From Bigelowiella natans CCMP2755 (lineage: Eukaryota; Protista; Cercozoa), in the NCBI GenBank assembly GCA_000320545.1, contig ADNK01000960.1, positions 1 to 33,711 of the forward strand: 33,711 bases of DNA, read 5' to 3'. A model generated the notes under the pieces. That model saw only the letters and a list, made by a program, of their open reading frames with translations. It was not told the origin of the DNA and did not search any database. Position 1 is the stretch's first letter. Every line of letters begins with the position of its first letter. Below are positions 1 through 12,620 of the stretch, in pieces. Both the position numbers and the translations under genes were made by a program.

Positions 1-363
1 CACCCCCCCCCCTCCCCTTCACACGCGTTTCGAATGAACAATTGAGAACTGCGCTCGCTACCTTTTCGGGTGAGATGAGGAGGTTTGCAGAAGGCCAACA
101 ACACGTTGTTTTGTTTTTTTCTCAGAATCGAGAACAGAGGAAGCAGACTAACGGCGCAGCAGCGCTGAATGAAATGACAACGAGCGATGAGCTATTACCC
201 ACTTCACTTCGGTGAAATACAGATATGACAATAGACAGAAGCCACGGATATCCATGGAAATACCCGTACAGCGATGCAACAGTCACGTGCGGCCTATCTC
301 GTAGAGCGACCGCCCATGTATCCAACGAGACTTATAGCTGGGAGATATGATGAAGAAGCATAG
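1..363 (+). CDS. Probable 3' terminal exons of an unknown gene entering from the left edge
   Basis: Donor-like CGG|GTGAGA near 69, pyrimidine tract + CAG acceptor ending at 125, open exon NREQRKQTNGAAALNEMTTSDELLPTSL, candidate stops at 348-350 or 361-363. No recognisable domain; structure uncertain. Confidence 0.35.
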
Positions 364-807
364 TAGTCTTGCTCCAAGCCCATTGTTCATCGTAGCTAGC
401 AAGCCTGTAACATGATACTTCGCGTGCAATGTAGCAAGCGAGTGATATGTGACGAGGCGACGAGCTTATTTTTATTATCTTTACTCAACTGTTCAATTTC
501 GCTGACTATATTAGTGGTGTGCAGGAGGTAGCAGAATGCTATGTCTGGCGTCTGTTACATGTGCGGCGCTTGCTACAGCGTGCTATAAAGGCACAAGCTA
601 GCAAGTTATTGCTACGCACATGCACAACACAACATAGCCTCTCTGTACGTGCGTACGTAGCGTGTGCAGAGACACGCCAAGTCGTTAGTCATGTGATTAT
701 ATGTGATTGCATGCGCAATGACTTCTCCATGTGTGTCTGCTGTCTTTCGCCACAGCAGCTCATCGTTATGCATGGGTTCAACGCCACGTGCGGCGTCCGC
801 TTGTGAC

Positions 808-866
808 GCACAGCTACATCAGGATGATCATTGAAAAGATTTAATCAATTCAGTACATGCATCTCA
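808..866 (+). mobile_element. Short 3'-end fragment (copy C) of the non-LTR retrotransposon at 20.9-23.6 kb
   Basis: gcacagctacatcaggatgatcattgaaaagatttaa...acatgcatctca aligns with the reverse complement of 20884-20942. It keeps the inferred ORF2 stop (ATT GAA AAG ATT TAA, 842-844). Confidence 0.8.
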
Positions 867-881
867 CACGTATAGCTGCCT

Positions 882-941
882 TAAAATTTTTTTTTTTTTT
901 TAATTGCTGTACGGGTAAGAACTCGTACAGCAATTTAAAAA
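882..941. repeat. Small hairpin + poly-T insertion flanked by an imperfect ~14 bp direct repeat
   Basis: Stem aattgctgtacgggt (902-916), loop aaga, actcgtacagcaatt (921-935, one mismatch). T15 run at 887-901. Flanks acacgtatagctgcct (866-881) and acacgtagctgcct (942-955). Confidence 0.6.
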
Positions 942-1044
942 ACACGTAGCTGCCTACGTGCGTGCTGGCTAGCTGGCATGGCACGAGCGAGATTCACACT
1001 TAGCTCATTTGATTGTTTGCCCACAATGCAACTTGCTAGCTTAT

Positions 1045-1121
1045 CATGAGACGGATGTGATGAAATAGTTAAATTTTTCAATTGTCATCCTAATGTAGCT
1101 AGCTGTGTAATGCAACGGCTA
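1045..1121 (-). mobile_element. Short 3'-end fragment (copy A) of the same non-LTR retrotransposon
   Basis: catgagacggatgtgatgaa...gtcatcctaatgtagctagctgtgtaatgcaacggcta aligns directly with 20882-20954. Confidence 0.85.
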
Positions 1122-1679
1122 TTGTGCTCAAAAGTTGCATCTTTTATTTTATATGTACGTTTCCTTGCCCGCCACAACTCACATGAACTATGCCGTGTGC
1201 ATGTGTAAGCTACGCTACTACTGTAGCATTCTGCAACACACATACATATACGTAGCATGCATGTCAATGTGTAGTACATTGCTTAAACTACATTATTAAA
1301 GCATGGCTAGATGGCTAGCTGCTGCGTGTCGTAGCATGACGTACGATACGCCGTGTAGTCAGTAGTCATGTGTGTGTATTGCGGGTGTAGTGGCATGGCA
1401 TGAGGTACGTAGCATTATACCCATTGGCGCGCGCAACGCATGCTATCGTGCGTACACAGGCTAGCTACTCGATCGCATACATACATCTTGGAATGATGCA
1501 TGCAGAATTGAAATTACGAAACTAGATTTATGATTGTCGTCATTTTTTACTTGTCACACGTTTAAGATCATGCACACCGGGCGACATGCAAGCATGCTAT
1601 GCGACGCACATGCGATCCTAAGAAAAGAAGCAATGCATCACATATCGGGAAGAGATTCCAAGCCCGCAACGAACGAAAT

Positions 1680-2941
1680 TTACAAGACAATGGTGTTCCA
1701 CGTTGTGGTCGTTTGTTTCTTTCTCCTGCTGGAGTGCTTGTAAGGGGTCTCCAGTCTCACATCCATTTCCTCGTCGAATCGCGTTCTACCCATGTACGGC
1801 GTGGGAGACTTGTATGTGGGAGGGTCGCTGCTGCAGCGCTTGACCAGCGTTGCGTTTCCCCAATGCAAGCCCCAGCCCATAATCTTCCCAAGCTCAGGAT
1901 ATCCGTTTGTGTCACGAGAGTACGCTAATCGCCCATAGGAGCCGGAGCAAATGTGATCTACTAAGCCCTCTCGCGATTCGCAATAGTCCCAACCATTGTC
2001 GGTGGAACCATACCGGATCACACGCTAAGAAGAGACGAATTCATGTTGTAAGTTGCGAGCTCATAAGTATAATGACGCAAAAGCAACACCGATACAAAGG
2101 GAAAGAACGGCGGCGGCGGCGGCAGGGCAAGGGGGGGGGGGGGGAGGGTGTCTTTCATGGAAGACGAGTAGAGCGGTTAAAAGAACCCTAGCAGGACAAC
2201 GTACCTTGTTGTCCTCGCGGATGTACAACGGATGCTTGTTGAATCGACCGATCTCATGGTACCTTCCTGCCAGCACCTTGTCATTTAGAACTTCATACGC
2301 GCACCCATGGTATGTTGGCTGGCGAGTCGGCGAGGGTGTGGGGTCCTGAGGGAACATAATACAAATGGGATCAACCCAAGCTGGGATTCCAAAAAAGAAA
2401 TGCTTGCACACGGGCATGCGGAAAAAAGAGCGTCGAGCGTCAAATATGCGCACGGTTGTGCGCGTGCGCGCGACATATACACATCACGTAGCGTGATGCA
2501 TGCAGAGAGACGGCAGTAGTGGGCGGGCGGTAGTACTACCTGGGTGGGCTTGTGAGTCGGGAACGAGGTTGGCTTGGGGCCTTCCACAGGCGGCTGTATC
2601 ACTTTAGTAGTAGGCTGCGCGGTTTCGGGGAGATTTGGTCTCGTTGGGTCCTCGATCTGTGGCGGAGGCTGCAAGCGGGTCGGCTGGCTGGTAGGCTTCG
2701 AGGTTGGGAGCTTGGTAGGTAGCTTGGTAGGTGCCTGTGTGCACGTTCCGACAGTCAACGTCTGATTGTAGTCTGCCCAGTTGAAGATGTGGCCGAGCCA
2801 AGGGCGGCCGTGGTCGTCGTGCGAGAATCCGCCGCGGTTGTTCTCCAGCTCGCACGGCTCGACAACAACGCCGTCTTTGGATGGGCACCAGTCCCACCCC
2901 GAGTCTTTGACGCTATATTGTCCATTTTGCCCCCCCCACCC

Positions 2942-2981
<40 letters not shown>

Positions 2982-3526
2982 AACAAACGGAAGAACGGAA
3001 TTCGAGAGCATGAGAACACAAGAACTCAAACTCAGTGAACAGTACGCCGCTTGAATGCGAAAGTAATAGGAAAGGGCGCAGCTACTCCTCAGATTCGGAT
3101 AACACAAACACAAGCGGCGGCTGCTGCGTTACAAAAGAGGCAGGCGTACTGTTTCCATCTCAAAATCAATTTCATGATGCACATCTGAAAGAAAAGCGCC
3201 GCCTCCGCGGTAGCGCACGTAGTAAGCAGCACCCACAACAGACCTGTAGCGAATCGTCATCGTCTTGTCCTCTCGCACATACATTGGGTGACCGTTGTAC
3301 ATCATATTGCCTTCTGGCCGGTAGCAGCCGCTCAGATCTCCATTTCCGACCGCTTTCAGCCCAGTGTAAGGCCTGTATGTGACAGTAGGCGAAAAAGTGG
3401 CAACGGTGGGCGAGCTGGTAGGCTCAGCTGTGGGCTCGAAAGTCGCCTTGTTCTGGGTTGGTTGGGCCGTGGGAAGAGGCATCGCTCCATCATCTGTGGA
3501 TGTATATGATATGACCGTGTGTGTAT

Positions 3527-3558
<32 letters not shown>

Positions 3559-5034
3559 GGATGATCCCTTGGTGGATTGTTTGCCAGAATCATCAAGAGC
3601 GTGCATATAGCGGGAGAATAAGCAAGAACGCATACTAGGAATGGGCGCAATCACCACCCCATGGGCATTAGCACATCATCAATCACTCTCCCCCTCTCTA
3701 GTAGATACAATACACCCACCAGGAGACGATGGGGTTGTGTCGTTGATGGTAGGTCTGGGCCTTGCAGGTGCTTTATCAGGCAACTTGTAGCAATCCCACT
3801 CCATAGAGTAAGAAGCTGACGTGGAAATCGGTGCGATGAAAGACTTCAGAAGGCACTCGCTCGCTCGGTGGCCATAGCCTTGACAGCCGCTCATGTCTGT
3901 CCTCCGAAGGTCCCAACCAGTCAGGTTGCGAGAGGCAAGATGGGCAGTTTGCTCTATTGAATGGCGTGAAGAAGGAGGAGGAGGAGGAGGAGGAGGAGAA
4001 GAATGTGGATGAGAATCTTACCGCGAACAAAGAAGTTGTTTCAAGGTATATTTGAATGAATTAAAAAAAAAAAAAGGATGTCGGACCGTCTCTTGGAGTC
4101 CTGCTTCCGCACTTGTCTTTCGGGCACCAAACATCGAAGTTAGGGTCGCCTAGCGAGTATACAGCACTGCCGCAGCCCATGTCGTGAGCTGCAAAACCGA
4201 CACATCCCTCGGTCCGATGGCATTCCTCTGCGCAATGCTTCGTGCACGTGTGGCCAACGCGGTCACACGTGACCTTCTTGATGGTGGTGGAGTATGATTC
4301 ACCACCACAATCGTGGGGCAGCGGTGGAGCTGACATCCCTGAGACCATTGTGCCATGTTTCATACAGGTGATATGGAATGAAATATCCACGCGCACGCAC
4401 ACATACACACACAAGACATATTTGTTGAGAGAGAAAGAGAGAGGGGGGGGGGGGGAGGGGAAGAAAGAAAAGAAAGGTAGGGGGGATTTTTTTATGTAAG
4501 AAATAAATGATAGTGTGAAGCAGCTGACCTTTAGGTAAACAAGACTTGAATTGATCGTCACCCTTGCATTCGTAGTCCGGGGGGGAGCAGGGAGTTGGAC
4601 CCTGAAAAAAGACGGGAAAAAGATTAAAACATTACTGAATTCTGCCAAGAGTAATCTGTGTGCGCGTGAACAACTTGCACTACTATCGACGAATGGACCG
4701 ACCTTCCATGGATCTGGGACAGTCATTACGGTTGGCTGACCCTCGGTGTAGGTGAGTAGTTTCGAGTGCACGCCGCCACATTGAGCGTAAGGCGCTGCGC
4801 CCGCGGCTCTCTTCCCATTCGGCTGCATTGGGCATTGCAGCAAGATAGCATCCTGTCCCATCCATGGTGGTTCGTTATCGATCACATTCACTTTAAACCT
4901 GCCATAAAGAAATGAACGTTTAAAAAAAGGACCAAGCCACCCACTCACATCTATTCTTGGTTCCTTTCATCGTGAGTTTTACACCAGCATCTTCGATATA
5001 GATCCTCCTTCCCCCCCCTCGGTTCCCCTCTCCC

Positions 5035-5076
<42 letters not shown>

Positions 5077-7611
5077 TGTATGCCCAATTTCGGTCGTCTC
5101 CACTGAATAATAACAAACCCTATTTCTAGAAATCGTGTTTCAAAACTTCGAGTATCATCGTTGGTGTTGTTCACTGACGTGCAGGTGGCCTGATTTTCCC
5201 CCTTGTCACTTGCGGTGACAGTGATGCGCGTCTCGCCAACAGGAAACTTGAATCCATCTCTAACGAAGGTCTGCCCGCCGTAACTCACAGCAGCATCTTC
5301 GTTCTGGTTGTCCATTGCGATGGGGTTGTTAAAGTGGGCGATACCGTACGCGAATTGAGGAGCAGTCTCGACCACAATATCCGAGGGGCAGTGCGCATTC
5401 ATTCGTTCCTCCGCGGCCTTGAATCCCTTCTTCTTGCTTCCTTCGATGAGCTCCCAAAATGTGTTCCAGTAGGCTTTCTCAGCATCTTTAGGGTTTTTGA
5501 AAATCTTCATTTTCTTTGCCATATTGCGCATATGCTTCTGGAGGCCTTTGCCAGCCTTCTTGGGGCCTTTGCCAGCCTTCTTGAGGCCTTTGCCAGCCTT
5601 CTTGGGGCCTTTGTCTAGAAAAACCTTTTCGTCATCGTCCATTTCGTCCTGATCCAACTCTTCTTCTTGGGAGTCAAGGAGATCGATTACTTGATACTCT
5701 ATAAATGCACGAGCATGCAAGGAGATGTCAGAAGAACTCAGAAACTTAGTCTCCTGTCTTTCTTTGGGAGGAAATTCTATCTGTCCCTCGCTTTTCTCAT
5801 TTTAAAAAAAAATCAGCTAACTTCTGGAGAGCGAAACCACGAAATAGGAAGCGGAGGGCAAGTAGCTATGAAATCTTCAAGGGGGAGGGAGGGAGGGAGG
5901 GGGGTGTTAAATGCGGCATTACCAAGGTTGTCGACTGCAGAAGGACGGAATCCGATATCTCCAAAAAGACCTGGAACCACCTTTGGGACGTTCCTCTCCC
6001 CGAAGCTTGGCGCTCCTGTGTAGTAAACAAAAGCGCAACATGTCATCCAAATTACGCACTTCTATCGGAAACATGCAAACAAATGCAATGCTCAATAGAA
6101 ACGCATTGTCAGTCCCAGTGGCTTCTCGGTACTGCTAAAGCAGCTTACTACTAATTCTACTACTAGTACTACTACTACTAATACTACTACGATGAGCGTT
6201 AATGTCGTACCCATGTCATGGACAGTGATTTGGAATGTGCAGGAGCTGGCGAGTCCCGATTTGTCAACAACACGATATTCGATATCGTGCACACCCGCTG
6301 GCAAACGGTCGCCTGACCTTTTCCCGGTGACTTCCACCGGCACATCAAGCTCACATGAGTTGTCTGTGGTGTAAGGTAGCGGCCATTTCACGGGTACTGT
6401 GGGCTGATTGGAAGTAATCGCAACTTCAAAGTCGTCAGGGCAGGTGATGCGAGGAGGGGCCAAATCTAGCACTTGGACCAGCACCTAATTTGTTTACGAT
6501 TTTCGTCGAAGGGTTAGTGATACTAATGCCATCAGTTCGGTGATCACACAAAATTTGTGAACGACGAGTGTTTCGTCCGCGTGCGTGCATATCTTGATGG
6601 CTATGCATGTACACATCTATAGGATTAGAATTCAAACGCCATCTTGCACGTTAGAAAATTTAAATTTGGCCACCAGGTTTATTTCTCTCTTTCTCTCACT
6701 CTCGCTCTCCAAGCACATAAAATATGTTCTCATGACTCTAGATTCGCACCTTTGCCTCTGCCTTATTACCAGCCTTATCAACAACAGAGCACGTGACAGT
6801 CGTATCCCCAAGAGGGAACGCAGACCCAGGAGCTTTGTCACACTTATAGTCGTAGCTACCGCAGTTATCCTTCGTATGGCAACTCCATGAAACTTCCATC
6901 GCATACTAAGCGAAGGGAGAGGAGTAGGTGGAGGACAAATACAAAAAGGTGAGTGTTAAGTAGTGTAGCAATCCGAAAACTACCTATATTTTTTATTTGA
7001 AAAGATTTGTTTTATTCATGTAATAGATTTTCCCAGGTTCCCCCTCCCCCTTCTCCTTTTATTTCTTTTCGTAAATTGGTCAGATAATTGGGTAATCTCA
7101 GACCTGGCATGAGGCTTCAGCATAGCCATCCTTCAAATGCGCGTACACAAGAGGAGGGCAGGTGAGCACAGGGGCTTCGTCGTCGATTACCTTCAAAGTA
7201 AAGAGAAGAATATGAACTCGCTATTGAAGATTGTGCAGACCTGAAAACCGGATTTTAACATTACGCAAATATTCATCATACCTCGATGGTAATGGGACAC
7301 GTAGCGGTATTTCCGGCCTTATCAGAGGCAGTATAAGTTAATACGTGTGCGCCAAGAGGGAATATAGTTTCGAGAGGATCCTCAAAGGGTAAACGGTAGG
7401 TCATTTCGCTTTGAGCGTCACAGTTGTCCGAGGCGACTGGCGGCGTCCAGGCGGCTGCAGCCTCGCACTTTCCTTTCTCAGTTCCAATAGAATATTTAGA
7501 GTTGCACTGGCCTTTTGTCCATACTGGCGGTTCTGTGTCGGAAACTGTCACTATAGTCTTGCACTCAACAGGCAACTTACTCCCATCTGCGTGAGAAAAG
7601 GTTTGTTAGTA

Positions 7612-7696
<85 letters not shown>

Positions 7697-8478
7697 TAAA
7701 AATTAGCTAAATTTGAAATGAGGTGTACAACTCCAAAGTAACAAATTTCTGTCCATCACAGCCCCAAATGGGATCGCTATCAGTACTTACACAATAGCGC
7801 GTGCAGACAAGATAGACTCTCTCTTTCTCTCGTTCTCTCTTGTACACACGGAAAGAACAGCGAGAGGTAAAAGATAACAAGCGAAAGAAAAATGAACCTT
7901 TTTGTTCTTGTGAACTTCCCGTGAAAATAACTTGATGTTCTCCAACATTGTAACTTTTATTCTCAGTCGGCACGGGCGTGGAGATCTTATCCGTCATAGA
8001 CCATTTGTGCTGGGCGAACCAGCTTGCGTCTTTGATTGGATCGGGCGGTATAACCTAAACGACAAGAGTCAGAAGCGCAGGATAATTGGAGTAATGCAGC
8101 GCATGCCAATTCATTGTGCATGGCTATTGCGATGCGCGACGATATCCGCTGCTTTGTAGTATGTCGGAATTTCAACCGAAGACTTCACCATGTCAACATC
8201 TACGATGCAATTACCTTCCCTTCTGAGTCTGTCCATGTGCAGAGACCTTTCTGGCTTGTCTCCGCTAGGACTTTTTGCGGACAATGTAGGTTGCCATATC
8301 CTGTTTCATGTTAATCAATCATTATTCTTGTGAGAAATGTGTAAGAATTGCAGGAAGTACGCGTAAAATATAGACTATCAAGTAGTCGAGGGAGACCTTT
8401 ATCGTTCAAAGTAGTCGCATGCCCTGGTACTGCAACCAAAAAGGTGAAGAGACGGAAGGCTCTCCACCAGGCCACCAT
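1680..8478 (-). CDS. Large multi-exon secreted/surface protein: signal peptide, several HYR (hyalin) repeats, PAN/apple-like Cys module, Pro/Thr stalks and a duplicated C-terminal Trp/Cys module
   Basis: ATG 8478 MVAWWRAFRLFTFLVAVPGHA. HYR-type segments DTEPPVW...FPLGAHVLTYTASDKAGNTATCPITIEV (7276-7545), DLAPPRITCPDD...LPAGVHDIEYRVVDKSGLASSCTFQITVHD (6215-6478), CPSDIVVE...FPVGETRITVTASDKGENQATCT (5175-5395). CAEECHRTEGCVGF (~4200-4235). PTxxPT repeats. GT-AG introns rich in microsatellites. Exact exon chain and 3' end not fully resolved. Confidence 0.75.
2945..2980. repeat. (CA)n microsatellite, intronic
   Basis: Direct read of about 18 AC units. Confidence 0.95.
5543..5613 (-). repeat. Coding 21-bp tandem repeat (about 3.4 units) encoding KG[P/L]KKAG
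   Basis: Unit ggcctttgccagccttcttg(g/a); translation KGPKKAGKGLKKAGKGPKKAGKGLQK. Confidence 0.9.
7616..7693. repeat. (GA)n microsatellite, intronic
   Basis: About 39 GA units read directly. Confidence 0.95.
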
Positions 8479-9475
8479 TTCGATTGGTACCAATGATTCA
8501 GATCTATGACACGAAGAGGCTTTCAGTACAACGTCCTGAATGAAATCCGTTTCCAATCAAAAAAACAAATAAAATCAATAAAACATGCAGAAATGTGCTA
8601 AATTAAAAATCCAAGCTATTCTATTTGTATCTAGATTTTGTTTCATAATTTTGCAGGAATCGATGGCTTTTTCGCATGCCGGTTGTCTATTCTTGTTGTC
8701 GCTTGCATAAAAATGTCAGACATGTACCAATGCGGTTACAGGCTACATGGCGTTGCATCGAAATTCCAGGACATGACCAGAGGATGTCGTCGTTCGCATT
8801 GCTCGAGATCTTTGGATATCATACTCAGCTCTCCCTTGTCTCGAAAGGCAACTCCTCGTTTGTGTTCGTGTTTGTTCGCCTTTGTATACAGCCGAAATTT
8901 TCATGATACATCAACTTCGAGCAAAAAACGAAATAATGCGCGACACGAAAAGGTGTATCAAATCGGTTGCAAATTTGGACGTTTTTAACTGGCCCTGGCT
9001 TAAAAAAAAACTATTTCCGCCCATCACAACTTTTCCAGAGGTTTCTTCCCATCAAAGTTTGGAAGAAATTTTGCCACTAGATCTGGATCTCTTTGCAAAA
9101 CATGCTGCTACCGTACCGATAAAATATTAAAAAATCTGGAATGCCCAGAAAATGAGCATTTTTATTTGACAGCTGCACACAATGCATCAGAACACAGGTC
9201 AATTTCAGCAGATACCTTCGCACCGTTAGCACCGAAAAAATCAATTATGTCACAAATTCGGTGGTTAAGCGTGCGACGGCAGATTGGGTAGGTCGTTAAT
9301 CATAATCATCAAGTATTTGAGGCCAAAATGTGCAGATACGAAAATAAATTGCAAGGGCTGCCTACTAAAAGCCGAAAAGAATTATTTTGCTGAGAGCGTA
9401 CATTTATACCTATAAGGTTCATTATTTGGTTGCATCTTTAAGAAAAGGACTGCAGACTGTGAGAGTGATATTCTC

Positions 9476-9485
9476 GAGTTGTCGC
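9476..9485 (-). promoter_or_regulatory. Candidate promoter motif GCGACAAC(TC), also at 8695(-), 15937(+), 25091(+), 25124(+), 32403(-)
   Basis: The exact 8-mer occurs in all four head-to-head intergenic regions. The 12-mer gcgacaactcac is shared by 15937-15948 and 25124-25135. Confidence 0.45.
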
Positions 9486-9786
9486 GCATTCGTCTGAAGG
9501 GAAAGACCGCGCCCAAGCAGAGTGGCGACAAAGAACATTGCAGAGAAAGCCGAAAAGATTTATGACATAGAGGTCTTGTATTTTATATGATATATCCTGT
9601 TCTTCGTTGGTCTCATAGGGAAAAGGCATGTAAACATTGTCAGCTATTTAGAGAGGAGATTGGATTATTGCTGAACTTACAGATCGCGCGCGACGGGAGT
9701 GGCGCTACAACAGCTCTAACCTTCACCTCTAATTTACTACCACTTTGAGAGCCTTCCCCACCCATCACAGAGCTGCTATTCCTGTT

Positions 9787-11643
9787 ATGGAGCCTCAGAA
9801 GACTGATATGAAGAAGGAAGAGCCCCTGGTGAGGGCCCCACCACCAGCTGCTCAACAAGTAGTACCACCTCCGCAGCAAGGAATGGCACCGCAAGCAGCA
9901 AAGGGTGGACCTCCTGCACCTCCTCCTCCTCCAGGGCCTGCTCCCGCCCCAGGTGCCCCTGCTTGGGCTAGAAAGCCGATCCCTGCACCAACTGGCAAGG
10001 CTGAGAAGGAACTCATGCCTTATCAAGTTCCTGCAGCTCCAGTCCCATACCCGATTCAAAACCCGCCCATATACTCGCCTGTCATTAAGGGGGGAAAGAA
10101 AAAGGTACTTTAAGATCGTGATGACCGAAGTCTCTCAAATATACACCGTGGTTTATGTTAAACCTTCAACTTGATCAATTTTATTCCTTGTCCATGTACT
10201 TGCTTTCACGCAACATTTATCGTGTATGCTGTTTACCTGCAGAAAAAGGAAAATCCCAACTTCGTTTGCTGGGTAAGAGTCTTTATTTTGTTCTCTAAGA
10301 ATCCTTTCTAAGCATTATCATACAGGTGAGAAGAGTGGGTGGAGATCTGTGCAACCCTGAAGAATCAAAGGAAGAAGCTGAAAGAGGACTATGTGGCCTG
10401 TAAGACTTTTTCATTCTAGTTCGCAATGGATATTCTTATGATCCGATCGCATTCTGTTACCCATCTCAGGTGTTTACAAAAGTTCCTATACCGAAATAAG
10501 TTCCTAATCCAAAAGTCAAAGATGATCATTTTCCCAATTGATGTGGTAAGACAGTGAGAGATTGTGATGCAACCAAGACATATAATTTATTTTATTTTTA
10601 TTTGAAAGCCTTTTATCAAGACGATTGGAAAGACCAAAACATTCTGGTATGATTTCTCCCTGAACGAGGGAAAGACAACCTTCAAGGTAAAAAATTTACT
10701 TTTTGAACGCGTCAGTGAAGGAGTAATAAGACGTTTTTTTTGTGAAGGCTCGTGAGGTCTTCACAGGAAGGAAACCCGGACCTCTCAAAGTGCTCTTCGT
10801 ACAAGAGGAATTCAAGCCGGTAAATTGATTTAGTTGACTCATAACTAGTAGAGTCGAAGCCCTGAACCAATCTTTACAGGAGGATCATCCAGGCGTAGAG
10901 AAACTCGGAGTGAAAAATCCTATTGACAATCTGTATCTTGCGTACAAATTTGGAGTGCGCAATTTTGCTATGTACAGATGGTACGTGAAGGAAGAGGTAC
11001 ATGGAGATTCAGTGTTGCGATGCTATTCGACATGCTTGACCAATGTCCTTTTTTATTTAGGATGTCCTCATCAACACTCAAATTAAAAAGACACCAAAAG
11101 TAAGTTCAGTATTATCTTGGATTCATCAATGAAATATATTGAGTCCTTATTATTTAATTTTAGGTAGCAGAGCATGAAGACATAGTCGTCACCCAAGCTG
11201 CGAAAGAAGGGTATTTTTATAAAGTCATAAATCAAAGATAGTTTTGCTGACTTTCTTAACGAATTACTAGGAGCGGGGTGCATTATATTTATGCCGACAA
11301 GGACTGGATTTACTACCAAGACCTCGAGGAGAAGTTTGAGGATACTCTTCAAAAGCACGCTCAGAAGGAGAAAAGGTAGATACTAAAAAATCAAAATTTC
11401 GGAATTCTTAAACTGATAATGCTCTCTAATAATGCTTAGGACTCCTGGACGCAAGCGTAAGGTTTGTGAAATTAATAAGTAAATAATAAGCAACCGAATC
11501 ATTTTTGGAACTGCAACATTTATATTACATAGGTGCAGCCCATCGTAAGCCCCATCGTAAGCGTGGTTCCTCCAAAATCAACAAATGAAAACCCTCCTCC
11601 GAGACCAGAAGAAACAGAACCAAAACGACAGAAACAGCAGTAA
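9787..11643 (+). CDS. Hypothetical protein, about 12 exons, Pro-rich N-terminus and basic NLS-like C-terminus
   Basis: Manual splicing with GT-AG introns gives a continuous frame MEPQKTDMKKEE...PPAPPPPPGP...KKENPNFVCW/VRRVGGDLCNPEE.../...HYIYADKDWIYYQDLEEKFE.../TPGRKRK/...EPKRQKQQ* (TAA 11641-11643). Family not recognised. Confidence 0.75.
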
Positions 11644-12205
11644 AAAGTCTAGATGAAAATCCTCGCACTGCTTATAGTAATCCGTAATTTTGGATCCGTT
11701 TTCTTTTTTTTTTCAACAGAAATCGGATGATGAGTGTAGTAAACTAGAATTCAGCCAATGCGAGACAATCTATAAGTAGTATTTGTGTATGTTTCAATAA
11801 TTGCAAACAGTCATTGTTATGCGAGTGCACGGCGCGACATGTAACAAAAGCGATGCCCCAGATGCTATAGCCTAATTTTAAAATAATGCTAGAATGCGCG
11901 CAGCTGCAGCATGGCATGTAGTAATCGATGGGATGACGCTCTATACAGCAGGCGCTGTCTCGTCTCCATGCTGCGCGCGGATGTATAGATGATCGATGCA
12001 ACGCGCCATGCTAGCATGTGCGAGTGAGATATGCGCGATGTGTCGTGTGCTAGCTACTAGCAGCAAGCTAGTATACGTGTGTCTACTACATGCTACATGC
12101 TAGCATGCTACTTATTAGCTTGTCGATCCGTCCGCAACGTCCGCGCCAGCTAGCACATGCATGCATCTACATAGCTAATAGCCCTAAAATTACAACTTAT
12201 ATATG

Positions 12206-12620
12206 CACTACACAAGTCCGTCAAACCTGTAACGAATCGCCAGAATGTGCATCTGGAAGCTTTTGCGCGCGACCAAGGGCGTCATGTGATGCAATGGACA
12301 TTGGATTTGCTCGCATTTCTTTGAAATTTTTCGTGCATATCACGTTTGGTCAAACGCACACGCAAAAGTATTCAAAATGTGGCAGAGAACAAACGCGCAG
12401 CGTGCATCCGCTACACAACGGGTGTGAATTTTCACACTTTGAGGCCTTGAAAATGGACATTTTGGTCAACATTTCGGTCATTTTTTGAGGTTTGGCCATC
12501 GGACAAGTTCTGATGACTTTTCTTTGACTAACTGCAACTGCCTGCTGCTTCAAAGCGCGTCGCAAAGCGCTGCACTGTTCACAACCCCGTCGTTACCGGG
12601 TTTGACGGACTTGTGTAGTG
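12206..12620. mobile_element. Non-autonomous DNA transposon (MITE) with ~30 bp terminal inverted repeats beginning CACTA
   Basis: Left cactacacaagtccgtcaaacctgtaacga (12206-12235). Right tcgttaccgggtttgacggacttgtgtagtg (12590-12620). First 22 nt perfectly complementary; no recognisable coding interior. Confidence 0.85.

Noticed and set aside
122-325. Minus-strand 67-aa ORF at the window start
   Set aside because: Non-ATG start, and splice signals favour a plus-strand gene end here.
808-1121. Inverted pair 808-866 / 1045-1105 as the TIRs of one MITE
   Set aside because: Both arms match the coding 3' end of the LINE and have different outer limits; two independent tail-to-tail insertions are simpler, though not proven.
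5543-5613. 21-bp repeats as a CRISPR-like array
   Set aside because: No spacers; in-frame coding tandem repeat in a eukaryotic exon.
7411-7710. ORFs containing ERERER, CVCVCV, HTHTHT or YIYIYI runs
   Set aside because: Translations of intronic microsatellites.
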